Shown here in pieces: positions 32,651 through 41,613 of a DNA stretch of 64,000 bases. Each line of letters starts with the position of its first letter. Position 1 is the stretch's first letter. Location of the stretch: positions 1 through 64,000 of the forward strand of contig JBEIJY010000010.1 in the NCBI GenBank assembly GCA_040380025.1, in the 5' to 3' direction. The notes beneath the pieces are model-generated. The model saw nothing but the letters and a program-made list of their open reading frames with translations. It made no database searches and was not told the origin of the DNA. Source of the DNA: Bdellovibrionales bacterium (lineage in GTDB: Bacteria > Bdellovibrionota > UBA1018 > CAIMNF01). Made by a program: the position numbers and the translations under genes.

Positions 32651-32854
32651 TTGAAGAAGGTGGAAGATCAGGTTTGGATCAGTGTCCCGCTTGCCGTGCT
32701 CATCTCGGCGATTTCAGCTCTGGAGGATCGCTCCGGTGTGAAACCGGATGCCGAACTCAATTCGACGACACTCGAATCCGGCGTGATTTACCACTCTTTG
32801 TTCGCGAATTCCTCTCCCTGCCTGAGTGGCGTGGACAGACGGTCCCGGACATGA
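32651..32854 (+). CDS. 67-aa small protein, candidate precursor/signal peptide
   Basis: GAGGAGG SD 7 nt before TTG; stop overlaps next ATG (ATGA 32851-32854); MKK + hydrophobic stretch. Confidence 0.7.
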   Translation: MKKVEDQVWISVPLAVLISAISALEDRSGVKPDAELNSTTLESGVIYHSLFANSSPCLSGVDRRSRT

Positions 32855-34323
32855 CGGTCTTCGGTCTTCCCGAAGAAATGCAAATCAAAGCCCGCGAAAA
32901 GACCGGGCTTTCCGATGCTGCTTCGGCCGACCTCGCGATCCGCGAAACTCTCCGGTTTCTTTATCTTTCCGCTCATGCAGACCGGCCGCTTTTTTTCACC
33001 GGCGATGAGACGGTCGACCGCGTCTGGCATTTTTTCATCACCGAGACCGAATTTTATGCAAACCTTTGTGATCGGATCCGACCCGGCTGTTTTGTCCACC
33101 ATCGGGGAATTCCCTACTCGGAGTACTGCGCGCAAAAGACCCCGAAGGAGCTCCTCGAAGAGCATTTCTCGTGGCTTGCTTCGTATGTCAGGAGCTTCGG
33201 CGAGATCGAGCCCGACGCGATTTTATTTCTTCCTCTCGCGCAAAACCTGATGGAGAGGCTCGGAAGCACTCTTCCGGAGTTGAATGCGCTCGCGAAGCGC
33301 TTGGTGCCCGGGTCGCAGAGCCATCCTGCACGGACGTTTTGTCTTGAGGAGGTTCTCAATGCTCTCCGGTTGCGGCAGGTCGAGCTCGATCAGGATTCGG
33401 TTCTGCTCTTCGCCACCGTTCGCGAGATGCTTCAGGGCGTGCGGGCTGCATCCGGGCGCGAAATCACAAACGATGAGCTGATCCAAGTGTTCTCGGTTTC
33501 GACTGCGCTCGGGTTCGCTCTCTGGCAGCACCTGGCCGCGATGGAGCGCATCGGGAATTCCTCGCGGTGGCGCGAGCAAAATCCCGCACGCTTCGCGGAG
33601 TTTGAAAAAGGACTCCGGACGATCGGCCTTGCCACCACCCATCTTGCCAAACCAGAGGGATCGCCCTTGCGGGGCGAGCGCATCGAGGGGGGCTACCGCG
33701 TGAACGGTGCCGTGCCCTGGTGTTCGGGATATGCCGCCTTTGATGAGGTGGTGATCGGCTTTGATGCGGGAGACTCCCTTGTTTTCGCATTGTCGCCCAT
33801 GCCCGACGGATCCGAGGCATTCGGGAGCTGGGAGGCATCGCCCATGAGGCTCGGAGCCTTGAATTCGACCCGGACCTTTTCGGCGAAGATCAAGGATTTG
33901 ATCGTCTCCGATCGCGATGTGATCTCGATCCGGAAAAAATCAGATCCGGTCCCCGGGACCGCTTCCCGGTATCGCATGCCCGAGATCGGAATGGCATCGG
34001 GTGCGATCGAAGAAATCCGTCGGATGATTCTTCGGGATCCGACCGGGGAGCCCGTCCGGATTGCGATGGATCGGCTCGAACAAAAAATCTCAAGACTTCT
34101 CGCGCTGATTCGCGAGGATTCAAGGCCGCTTTCGGATGCGGATCACCTACAAAAGGCGGATCTCATCCGGGATGCCACGCGGCTTCTTGTGATCGCTTCG
34201 GGGGGCGCCGCCCTTTTGCAGGGCAGTCCGGCCGCTAGACGCTCCCTGGAGGCTCTGCTTGTCGATGTGGTGATTCAGCCGGTCTCGGTACTAAAAAGAA
34301 AGATCGAGGCCTCCGGTTCATGA
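32851..34323 (+). CDS. Fusion of GRDP/DUF1399-like domain and acyl-CoA dehydrogenase-like flavoprotein
   Basis: N-term ETLRFLYL..VDRVWH..TET..Y..LC..FVHH; C-term ALGFALWQH, GGYRVNGAVPWCSG, ALNSTRT, ASGGAAL. Confidence 0.72.
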   Translation: MTVFGLPEEMQIKAREKTGLSDAASADLAIRETLRFLYLSAHADRPLFFTGDETVDRVWHFFITETEFYANLCDRIRPGCFVHHRGIPYSEYCAQKTPKELLEEHFSWLASYVRSFGEIEPDAILFLPLAQNLMERLGSTLPELNALAKRLVPGSQSHPARTFCLEEVLNALRLRQVELDQDSVLLFATVREMLQGVRAASGREITNDELIQVFSVSTALGFALWQHLAAMERIGNSSRWREQNPARFAEFEKGLRTIGLATTHLAKPEGSPLRGERIEGGYRVNGAVPWCSGYAAFDEVVIGFDAGDSLVFALSPMPDGSEAFGSWEASPMRLGALNSTRTFSAKIKDLIVSDRDVISIRKKSDPVPGTASRYRMPEIGMASGAIEEIRRMILRDPTGEPVRIAMDRLEQKISRLLALIREDSRPLSDADHLQKADLIRDATRLLVIASGGAALLQGSPAARRSLEALLVDVVIQPVSVLKRKIEASGS

Positions 34324-35675
34324 TCAGCCGCGGACGCTTCTGGGGGTGCATTGCCGGAATCCTTGTCTCTCTTTTTTGCGAAGCCCGCGAGCTTCGGTAC
34401 TGTGTCTCGGTTCCCGATCCCGGTTTGGATCCGTTTCGCGAGATCGTGGATGGTCAGCAGGTCGCGGCGTACTTCCTGATGACCAGGCCGTATTTGTCGC
34501 AAAATTCCGAGCCCGGGATTCTGTCGGCGTTTGGGGTGTCCCCCGACGGATCCGTATTTACGGGTCGTGTGAATCCGGCCTTGCGCTTCAATGACGGATC
34601 GCCGGTTTCCCCCCTTGAGGCCGCGTACGGAATCGTCCGCGGCCTTTCGGTCCGCCCCCTCGGCCGGAAGATCGCCATCGATGGCTCCCGATTCAAAGAC
34701 GGAATCCGTGTGATCGATGCACAGACCTTCGAGATTCATCTCCGTTCGAAAATCCGGAATCAGGTGGGAGTGCTTCGGGAGGCGCTTTCGAATGGTTCCT
34801 CGCACAATCGGATGTGGCCCGTGAAGCTCACGAACGGGCGCTATGATCCTGCGGCGCCGGTGATCGTGGCGCGGTTTCCGTATTCGTTCGATCGGGGCGA
34901 TGTCGTGTTTCGCGCGGGCGCAGAGAAAATCCGCATCGTCGGCCGCGACCGGTGCAAAGATGCCGAGTTCGGTCTGGTTCCCGATTTGTTCGAGACTTCC
35001 CGCGGGCGATATCACCGGGTCCGCTCGCGGGCCGCGCGGCAGATCAGCGTGCAAACCCATTCGATCCGCGTCGATCAGAACGCCCGGGCCGCACTGATCG
35101 GATGGATCCGGAGTGCTTTCGTGAATCTTCCCGATGAGCTCGCCACCGAGAGTGTCGGAAGTTTTTTTTTGGAAGGAGAGGGCGGGCACGATCCGGCGAG
35201 CCGCTGGGAGAACAGGTATGATGAGGCTGTTCTCGGGAGCCGCGAGTGGGTGCTCGCGGTCGAAAACCCCGCATTCGTCCAATTGATTGCTCGAAAAGCG
35301 GCGAAGGACGGCTTCCGGATCCGTTTTGTTCCTTTTGCCGGGAGCAATGCGGCCTATGATGCGCGGGTGATCGCATCGGCCATTCACGGAACACGCCATG
35401 TGATCCTCCAGGACCTTCTGGAGTGGAGCGAGAGCCGCACTCTTTTTGCGAAAACCCCGGCCACCGTGCGCGCGCTCGAGCGGATCTCCGCACTCTCGGC
35501 CTCGACGATTCCTCCGCCCCCGGCCGTATTCCACGAGTTCGAACGGATTTCGCGCCGGGAGTCGTCTTTCGCGCCGGTCGCGAGGCGCTTTGTTCAGGCG
35601 TATTCAAAGGTCGGAGCACCTTTGGTATTGAATCTCAACGAATTCGGAGAGCATCACTTTCATGAGCCCCGTTGA
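34320..35675 (+). CDS. Divergent family-5 (Opp/Dpp-like) solute-binding protein, no permease nearby
   Basis: Signal-like N-terminus; SPDGSVFT...LRFNDGSPVSP motif; ATGA overlap with upstream gene. Confidence 0.65.
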   Translation: MISRGRFWGCIAGILVSLFCEARELRYCVSVPDPGLDPFREIVDGQQVAAYFLMTRPYLSQNSEPGILSAFGVSPDGSVFTGRVNPALRFNDGSPVSPLEAAYGIVRGLSVRPLGRKIAIDGSRFKDGIRVIDAQTFEIHLRSKIRNQVGVLREALSNGSSHNRMWPVKLTNGRYDPAAPVIVARFPYSFDRGDVVFRAGAEKIRIVGRDRCKDAEFGLVPDLFETSRGRYHRVRSRAARQISVQTHSIRVDQNARAALIGWIRSAFVNLPDELATESVGSFFLEGEGGHDPASRWENRYDEAVLGSREWVLAVENPAFVQLIARKAAKDGFRIRFVPFAGSNAAYDARVIASAIHGTRHVILQDLLEWSESRTLFAKTPATVRALERISALSASTIPPPPAVFHEFERISRRESSFAPVARRFVQAYSKVGAPLVLNLNEFGEHHFHEPR

Positions 35676-37437
35676 AGAATCCCCGCCATTCCGACAAAAA
35701 AAGGAATTCGAGACAAGGACCTTCCTGTACCGCATCGGAGCCACGGTGGCCGTGTTCTTCGCTCTGACTCTAGTGATCGGCAATGTCATTGCCGGATACC
35801 ATCTCGAGAAACTGCAGGCAGACGAAACGGAGTTCCTGTTCCGGTCGATCGAATCGGGACCGCTCTCGTTTGCGCGACTCCAGTCGGTCGAGCTGGCACG
35901 GCAGGCACTCGAGCGGCTCATGGGAAGCGGGAGCGAACTTGCCCGCGGCGTGCGATCGGTCGAGATTCTCGGCGGAGAGGGCTTTCGGTACAGCTACGCA
36001 TCGTGGGTCGGCGGGGAGACGGCTTCGGCCCCGCCCGAATGCCTGCTTCGTACGGAGCGAAATTACACCTACCCGGATGCCGTTCATGCCTTTCGGGTCG
36101 GGATCGGAATTGACCGGTGCCGGTTCGTTCGTGGGTTCTCCGAGATGCGTTGGGTGTCGATTTTTCTCGTGCTTTTGCTTTCGTGCGTGATGCTCTCGGT
36201 CCTCATTTTCCTGTTCCGTCCGCTCTTTCGCTCGATCCGGATCGCCGAGAAGATTCTCCGCGAGGATGCTTCGGTTTCGGATCTGAAAAAAATCCCCTTT
36301 CTCCCCATTCAGCGACTGGCTTCGGGCGCGGTCCAGCAAATGAAGCGGGAGCGGGAGCTCGCGCAGGTGCGGGTCGCCCAACAGGTGGGGCATGACATTC
36401 GCTCGCCGCTTTCGGCGCTCGAGATGGTTTCGTACGAGTTACCGGGGATTCCCGAAGATAGGCGCATGATCGTGCGGAACGCGATCCGGAGAATCCGCGA
36501 CATTGCGAATCTTTTGTCGCATCGGTCACCGGACTGGAGTTCCCCGCCCGAGGAGCACGGAGCGAAGCCACTCGAAACCGTACTCGTGTTTCCGCTTCTC
36601 GATGAGCTCGTGTCCGAGAAACGCTTCGAGTTCCGCGAGAAACCGGGAATCGATGTCGAATTCGACCAGGATGACGCCTGTTACGGGCTCTCGATCCGGG
36701 TGGATCCGCTCGAATTCAAGCGCGCGGTCTCGAATCTGATCAACAACTCCGTCGAGGCCCTCGATTCAAAAGGGGGAGTCGTTCGGATCCGTGCCGGAAA
36801 AACCGATGCGGATGAGGTGTTCATCGAGGTTGCCGATACCGGGCATGGCATGTCTCCCGATTTGCTCTCGCGGATCGGGGTCCGCGGAATGACTTTCGGA
36901 AAACCGGGCGGTTCGGGCCTCGGGCTCGCGCACGCAAAAGAATTCGCCGCTCGCTCGGGAGGCCGGATCGCCATCGAATCCGAGCCCGGAGCCGGTACGG
37001 CAGTCAGGATTCTTCTGCCGCGCGCGGAGGCGCCGGAGTGGTTCGCCCGCGATCTTCGACTCGATGCGGGTGCAACGGTAATCGTGGTCGATGACGAGCA
37101 GACCGTGCATCAGGTTTGGAAGAATCGAATCGAAACCGGCGGAGGGAACGAACGGGGGATCTTGGTGCGGAGTTTTTTCTCTCCGGAAGCGGTTCGGGTA
37201 TTTTGCCGCGAGGAATTTCTTGATCTCGAAGACCCGGTATTCTTGGTCGATTACGAAATCAGCGGTCCCGGCGGGACCACGGGACTGGATTTGATTTCCG
37301 GACTCGGGATCGAATCCCGGTCCTGTCTGGTCACGAGCCATTACGCAGAGCCCGAAATCATCGCGGAATGCGTACGGCGCGGGGTCAGAATGATTCCAAA
37401 ATCCATGTCAGGATTCGTTCCGATCCGGATCGCCTGA
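35662..37437 (+). CDS. Hybrid sensor histidine kinase with C-terminal receiver
   Basis: Two TMs; H-box QVGHDIRSPL, N-box NLINNSVEA, DTGHGM, GSGLGL; receiver VVDDE..VDY..TSH..PK. Confidence 0.93.
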   Translation: MSPVEESPPFRQKKEFETRTFLYRIGATVAVFFALTLVIGNVIAGYHLEKLQADETEFLFRSIESGPLSFARLQSVELARQALERLMGSGSELARGVRSVEILGGEGFRYSYASWVGGETASAPPECLLRTERNYTYPDAVHAFRVGIGIDRCRFVRGFSEMRWVSIFLVLLLSCVMLSVLIFLFRPLFRSIRIAEKILREDASVSDLKKIPFLPIQRLASGAVQQMKRERELAQVRVAQQVGHDIRSPLSALEMVSYELPGIPEDRRMIVRNAIRRIRDIANLLSHRSPDWSSPPEEHGAKPLETVLVFPLLDELVSEKRFEFREKPGIDVEFDQDDACYGLSIRVDPLEFKRAVSNLINNSVEALDSKGGVVRIRAGKTDADEVFIEVADTGHGMSPDLLSRIGVRGMTFGKPGGSGLGLAHAKEFAARSGGRIAIESEPGAGTAVRILLPRAEAPEWFARDLRLDAGATVIVVDDEQTVHQVWKNRIETGGGNERGILVRSFFSPEAVRVFCREEFLDLEDPVFLVDYEISGPGGTTGLDLISGLGIESRSCLVTSHYAEPEIIAECVRRGVRMIPKSMSGFVPIRIA

Positions 37438-37482
37438 TTCATCTTGTTTCACTGATTTTGCTCGTGTACGGTCTCAAAACCC

Positions 37483-39600
37483 ATGGATCGCGAACTTGAT
37501 TTCGACTTCACTTTTGACGCTGCGGATTTTCAATCGGATGTCCCCGGCGAGAGAGGTCCTCCGCGCCCCGCTCCGGCATTTCTCGATTCGCTGAACCCGC
37601 CCCAGCGTGAAGCCGTATTGCAAACCGAAGGACCGCTTCTGGTGCTGGCCGGTGCCGGGTCCGGAAAAACCAAAATGCTGACGAGCCGGATCGCCTACCT
37701 GATTTCGCATCTCGGGGTCAGGCCCTGGCAGATCCTCGCCGTGACCTTCACGAACAAGGCTGCGGGCGAGATGCGCGAGCGGGTTTATGGAATTCTCGAA
37801 AAACAGGGCATGCAACGCCATGAGGTGCAGGGGCCGCTCGACATCGGAACGTTCCATGCGATCTGCGCGCGGATCCTGCGGCGCGAGGCCGACCGCTTGC
37901 CGTTCACCCAGCCTTTTGTGATCTTCGACGACAGCGACCAGCTTTCGCTCCTGAAGTCGATCGTGAAGCAAATGGGGCTCGATGACAAAATGTACCCGCC
38001 GAAGAGCTTTCAGTACGCGATCAACCGGCTGAAGTGCGATGCGATCGATCCCGACAGTCCGCTCGCGAAATCCGGCCGGAGCATCGATCGCAAACTGCCC
38101 GAGGTCTGGGCCGCGTATTCGCGGGCGATGATCGAGAACAATGCGCTCGATTTCGGCGAGATGATCGTCGCCACCTACCGATTGCTCCGGGACAACCCGG
38201 ATGTGCTTCGCAAGTATCAGCATCGCTACCGCTACATCCATGTCGACGAGTATCAGGATACGAACCGTGCGCAGTATCTGCTCTTGTCGCTGCTCGCAAG
38301 CCCCGTGCACGGCGGTCACGGGAACATCTGCGTCGTGGGCGACGAGGACCAGTCGATTTATGGCTGGCGCGGTGCGGACATCCGCAACATTCTCGATTTC
38401 GAGCGCGAGTACCCGGGCGCCCATGTGGTGAAGCTCGAGCAGAACTACCGCTCGACCCAGGTGATCGTCGAGGCCGCCTCGGCGCTGATCGCCCACAATT
38501 CCCAGCGAAAAAACAAAACCCTCTTCAGCGAGCAAGAGGAGGGCGATCCCATTGTGCGGCTCCAATGCCCCGATGACCGCTTCGAGGCCGAGGTGATCGT
38601 GAAAGAGATCAGGCGCCTCACCGCGGAACATCCCGAGCTCGCGCTGAATGAGTTTGCCGTGTTTTACCGCACCCATGCGCAGTCGCGGCTGGTCGAGGAA
38701 TTTTTGCGGCAGGCGAAGCTCCCGTACAAAGTGGTGGGCGGCTTGCGCTTCTTCGATCGCAAAGAAATCAAGGATGTGATGGCCTACCTCAGGCTCGTCT
38801 ACAATCACTCCGATTCGATCTCGTTCAAGCGGATCATCAACGTACCCGCCCGCGGAATCGGGAAGACCACGCTCGACAAGCTCGAAGGAGCCTGGGGCCA
38901 GCAGGGCTCGCTCTGGGATTTCTTCGCACGCGAGCTCCAAGGCGGGGAGCTGTTTTCGGGAAGAACCCTGAAGAAGCTCCAGGAGTTCCGCAGGCTCGTC
39001 GAGGGCTGGATCCAGGATCAGCCCAAGATGCTCGTGAGCGAGCTGTACCACCGCATTCTGGACGACACCCGCTATGTCGAGGAGCTGAAGGCCGAGGGCA
39101 CCGATGAGGCTCTCGAGCGCATCGACAACCTCGAGGAATTCAACTCGGTGATCGTCGAGTTCGAGGAGCGCGAGCTCGAGGGGCTTTCGGCGAAGGACCA
39201 GGAGCTCAGAAAGCCGCTCCTGCTCGGGCGTTTTCTGGAGCAGACCGCGCTCGCCGAGTCGCCCGATACCGACGGAGTCGCGGCAAGCGTCCAGCTCATG
39301 ACCTTCCACGCCTGCAAGGGACTCGAGTTCCCGGTGGTGTTCATGCTCGGGGTCGAAGAGGGACTGTTTCCTTCGGTTCGGGGTGATGAATCGAGCAAGG
39401 ATGCCGAGGAGGTCGAAGAGGAGCGCAGGCTTTGCTATGTCGGCATGACCCGCGCACGCGAGCGCCTCTACATGAGTCACGCATCCTTTCGCCGCGTCTG
39501 GGGCGATCTGCTGTACCAATATCCGGCACGGTTCTTCAAAGAGATCCCCGAGAAGTTCGTCGAAGTCCGGGATTACTCAAAAGCGGCCGGCAGGTTTTGA
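37483..39600 (+). CDS. uvrD: UvrD/PcrA SF1 DNA helicase
   Basis: LNPPQ, AGAGSGKT, TFTNKAA, VDEYQD, QSIYGWRGA, QNYRST, KGLEF, EERRLCYVGMTRAR. Confidence 0.95.
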   Translation: MDRELDFDFTFDAADFQSDVPGERGPPRPAPAFLDSLNPPQREAVLQTEGPLLVLAGAGSGKTKMLTSRIAYLISHLGVRPWQILAVTFTNKAAGEMRERVYGILEKQGMQRHEVQGPLDIGTFHAICARILRREADRLPFTQPFVIFDDSDQLSLLKSIVKQMGLDDKMYPPKSFQYAINRLKCDAIDPDSPLAKSGRSIDRKLPEVWAAYSRAMIENNALDFGEMIVATYRLLRDNPDVLRKYQHRYRYIHVDEYQDTNRAQYLLLSLLASPVHGGHGNICVVGDEDQSIYGWRGADIRNILDFEREYPGAHVVKLEQNYRSTQVIVEAASALIAHNSQRKNKTLFSEQEEGDPIVRLQCPDDRFEAEVIVKEIRRLTAEHPELALNEFAVFYRTHAQSRLVEEFLRQAKLPYKVVGGLRFFDRKEIKDVMAYLRLVYNHSDSISFKRIINVPARGIGKTTLDKLEGAWGQQGSLWDFFARELQGGELFSGRTLKKLQEFRRLVEGWIQDQPKMLVSELYHRILDDTRYVEELKAEGTDEALERIDNLEEFNSVIVEFEERELEGLSAKDQELRKPLLLGRFLEQTALAESPDTDGVAASVQLMTFHACKGLEFPVVFMLGVEEGLFPSVRGDESSKDAEEVEEERRLCYVGMTRARERLYMSHASFRRVWGDLLYQYPARFFKEIPEKFVEVRDYSKAAGRF

Positions 39601-39620
39601 GGGGAGTGGGCGGTGGGGTG

Positions 39621-39675
39621 ATTGCCCAAAATGGTAAATCTCATTGCCCAAAAATGATATTTTAATTGCCCAAAA
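39621..39675 (+). promoter_or_regulatory. Three ATTGCCCAAAA direct repeats at 22-bp period; third overlaps the -35
   Basis: Copies start at 39621, 39643, 39665; TTGCCC(39666)-17-TATCCT(39689)-6-ATG(39701). Confidence 0.8.
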
Positions 39676-39700
39676 GTGAAAATGCAGCTATCCTATTGAT

Positions 39701-40861
39701 ATGACAAGATTTTGGGAGTCCCCCGGATGGGAGGAGTCAGATCCGCATTTGCACTCTTTGCGGAAGATGCCGTTCCGAAGATCCTTTCCTGATGTTCGAT
39801 TGGGAGCCGGCGTATTCGTGATCCGCGGTCCGAGGCAGATCGGGAAAACATCGTTCCTGAAGACGCTGCTTTCGGGGGCCACGCGGGCCGGAAAACGCTG
39901 TTTTTACCTGAGTTGCGAGGCGATCAGCACCCATGTCGAGTTGCTTGAGATTCTGAAATCACTTTCCGGATCCGAGTTTTTGTTTCTCGATGAGGTCTCC
40001 TTCGTGCCCGAGTGGTCGCGGGCGGTGAAGTCTTTGGTGGACGCCGGCTCGACCCAAGGGTTTTTCATCACCGGTTCGAATGCGAATGACTTGCGAAAAG
40101 GTCTCGATTTGATGCCCGGACGTTGGGGTGGGGGCGGGGAAATCAGGATTTTGCCGATGCTCTTCGATGAGTTTTCGGCGATGCGGGCGAGTGCGGGGTT
40201 CAGGAAGTTGGACCGGATCGAGGAGCTCGAGCTTTTCTTCAAGATTGGCGGATTTCCGCTCGCAGTCGCCGAAAGCGGCGATGACGGGCGAGTGCCGCAG
40301 AAATCAATGCGCTCCTATCTGCAGTGGATCCAAGGAGATTTGGTCAAGCTGGGAAAGATCGAGGTCTATGGCCGCGAATTGATGGGCCAGATCGCGCGCA
40401 CGCTCGGATCAAGCATGAGTTTGCAGACTCTTGCTTCGAAGACGCAGATGGGATCCCATCACACCGCGCAGGAATATGTGCAAATTCTCGAGGCTTGCTT
40501 TGCACTGCGAACGCTTTATTGCATCGATCCCGATGAGGAGAATTTCCGGTTCCGCAAAGAGAAGAAGTTCTATTTCACCGATCCCCTCATTTATCAGATC
40601 GCGATGGATTGGGCCGGTTTCAAGGTTCCCGCGAACTTTTGCGAAAAAATCGCAGAGCAGGTCGCCCACGAAACACTTGCCCGGGAGCACCGGCGATTCG
40701 GATACTTCAGCAACAAGAACGGGGAAGTCGACTTCCTGAAGCCGAAGGAGTGGGCGATCGAGGTGAAGTGGGCCGATGCGGCCACGAATCTTTCAAAAAC
40801 CTATTTGAATCTTGCAGTGCCTGAAAAAAAAGTCTGGATCAAACAGAACTATCTGAAATAG
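39701..40861 (+). CDS. AAA_14/DUF4143-family ATPase with C-terminal nuclease-like motif
   Basis: GPRQIGKT, FLDEV, ITGS, GGFP, KFYFTDP, EVDF..AIEVK. Confidence 0.88.
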   Translation: MTRFWESPGWEESDPHLHSLRKMPFRRSFPDVRLGAGVFVIRGPRQIGKTSFLKTLLSGATRAGKRCFYLSCEAISTHVELLEILKSLSGSEFLFLDEVSFVPEWSRAVKSLVDAGSTQGFFITGSNANDLRKGLDLMPGRWGGGGEIRILPMLFDEFSAMRASAGFRKLDRIEELELFFKIGGFPLAVAESGDDGRVPQKSMRSYLQWIQGDLVKLGKIEVYGRELMGQIARTLGSSMSLQTLASKTQMGSHHTAQEYVQILEACFALRTLYCIDPDEENFRFRKEKKFYFTDPLIYQIAMDWAGFKVPANFCEKIAEQVAHETLAREHRRFGYFSNKNGEVDFLKPKEWAIEVKWADAATNLSKTYLNLAVPEKKVWIKQNYLK

Positions 40862-40882
40862 CGCGCGATTGCGGGCGGGGGG

Positions 40883-41200
40883 TCACTTTTCGCTCGGCAG
40901 CCCCATCTTGAGCCAGTCCGGAAACCCGCCCATGTCGACACAGCGGATGTCCTGCACCCCGATCGAGCCCAGGATCTGCCCCGCCATGACAGCGCGGCCG
41001 CCGGAGCGGCAGTAAATGTACACGGTCTTGAAGCCTGTGATCTCGCCGGTGTGATTCAGAAGCGTATCGACCGGAATGTTCTTCGCGCCCGGCACGTGCC
41101 CCTCGGCGAACTCGCCCGGAGTCCGCACGTCGAGAATGAGTTCGTGGTCGGCCTGGTTCCGGGTCGCAGAGTGAAGCTCCGTCATCGTCAGTGTCTTCAT
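40883..41200 (-). CDS. Rhodanese-like domain protein
   Basis: LDVRTPGEFAEGHVPGA, YCRSGGRA, GGFPDW. Confidence 0.9.
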   Translation of the reverse strand: MKTLTMTELHSATRNQADHELILDVRTPGEFAEGHVPGAKNIPVDTLLNHTGEITGFKTVYIYCRSGGRAVMAGQILGSIGVQDIRCVDMGGFPDWLKMGLPSEK

Positions 41201-41288
41201 GATGATCAAGAATACCATGATCCCGATCGCGCCGACAAAGGCAAAAAAGATTCGTCAGCCTTGGCGGAATGTGGCATTTTCCTACTAT

Positions 41289-41591
41289 ATGGTCGAGGTG
41301 AACGAAGCTCTGATCCGCAAGGTGGCCGCGCTCTCGATGCTCGAACTCGAGGAGTCCGGAGTCGCCGATTACGTAAAGTCGATCGGCGAGATTCTGAAGC
41401 ATGTCGAACAGCTTTCTTCGGTCGACACCACGGGCATCGAGCCCATGCTTCACGGAATTGACGGTCCTCTGCGCCTCCGCGAGGACATGGTGGAGGATTT
41501 CGGCAGGGACGAACATGGAACGCCCAAGGTGGTGGCAAGCGCCCCCGAGGTCGAGCATGACGGCTTCAAGGTGCCGAGAATCATCGGTTGA
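41289..41591 (+). CDS. gatC: Asp/Glu-tRNA amidotransferase subunit C
   Basis: VAALSML, VDTTGIEP, LRED, FKVPRII; precedes gatA. Confidence 0.9.
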   Translation: MVEVNEALIRKVAALSMLELEESGVADYVKSIGEILKHVEQLSSVDTTGIEPMLHGIDGPLRLREDMVEDFGRDEHGTPKVVASAPEVEHDGFKVPRIIG

Positions 41592-41613
41592 TCAACGGGG
41601 GAGTCAGGCGACC

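Noticed and set aside
32626..32850. N-terminal 75-aa extension of the 565-aa ORF (includes CPAC)
   Set aside because: Overlaps the SD-supported 67-aa ORF; the ATGA junction points to 32851 as the true start.
39621..39675. Possible CRISPR array or plasmid origin
   Set aside because: Repeats are 11 bp with 11-bp spacers, only three copies; no cas or rep gene.
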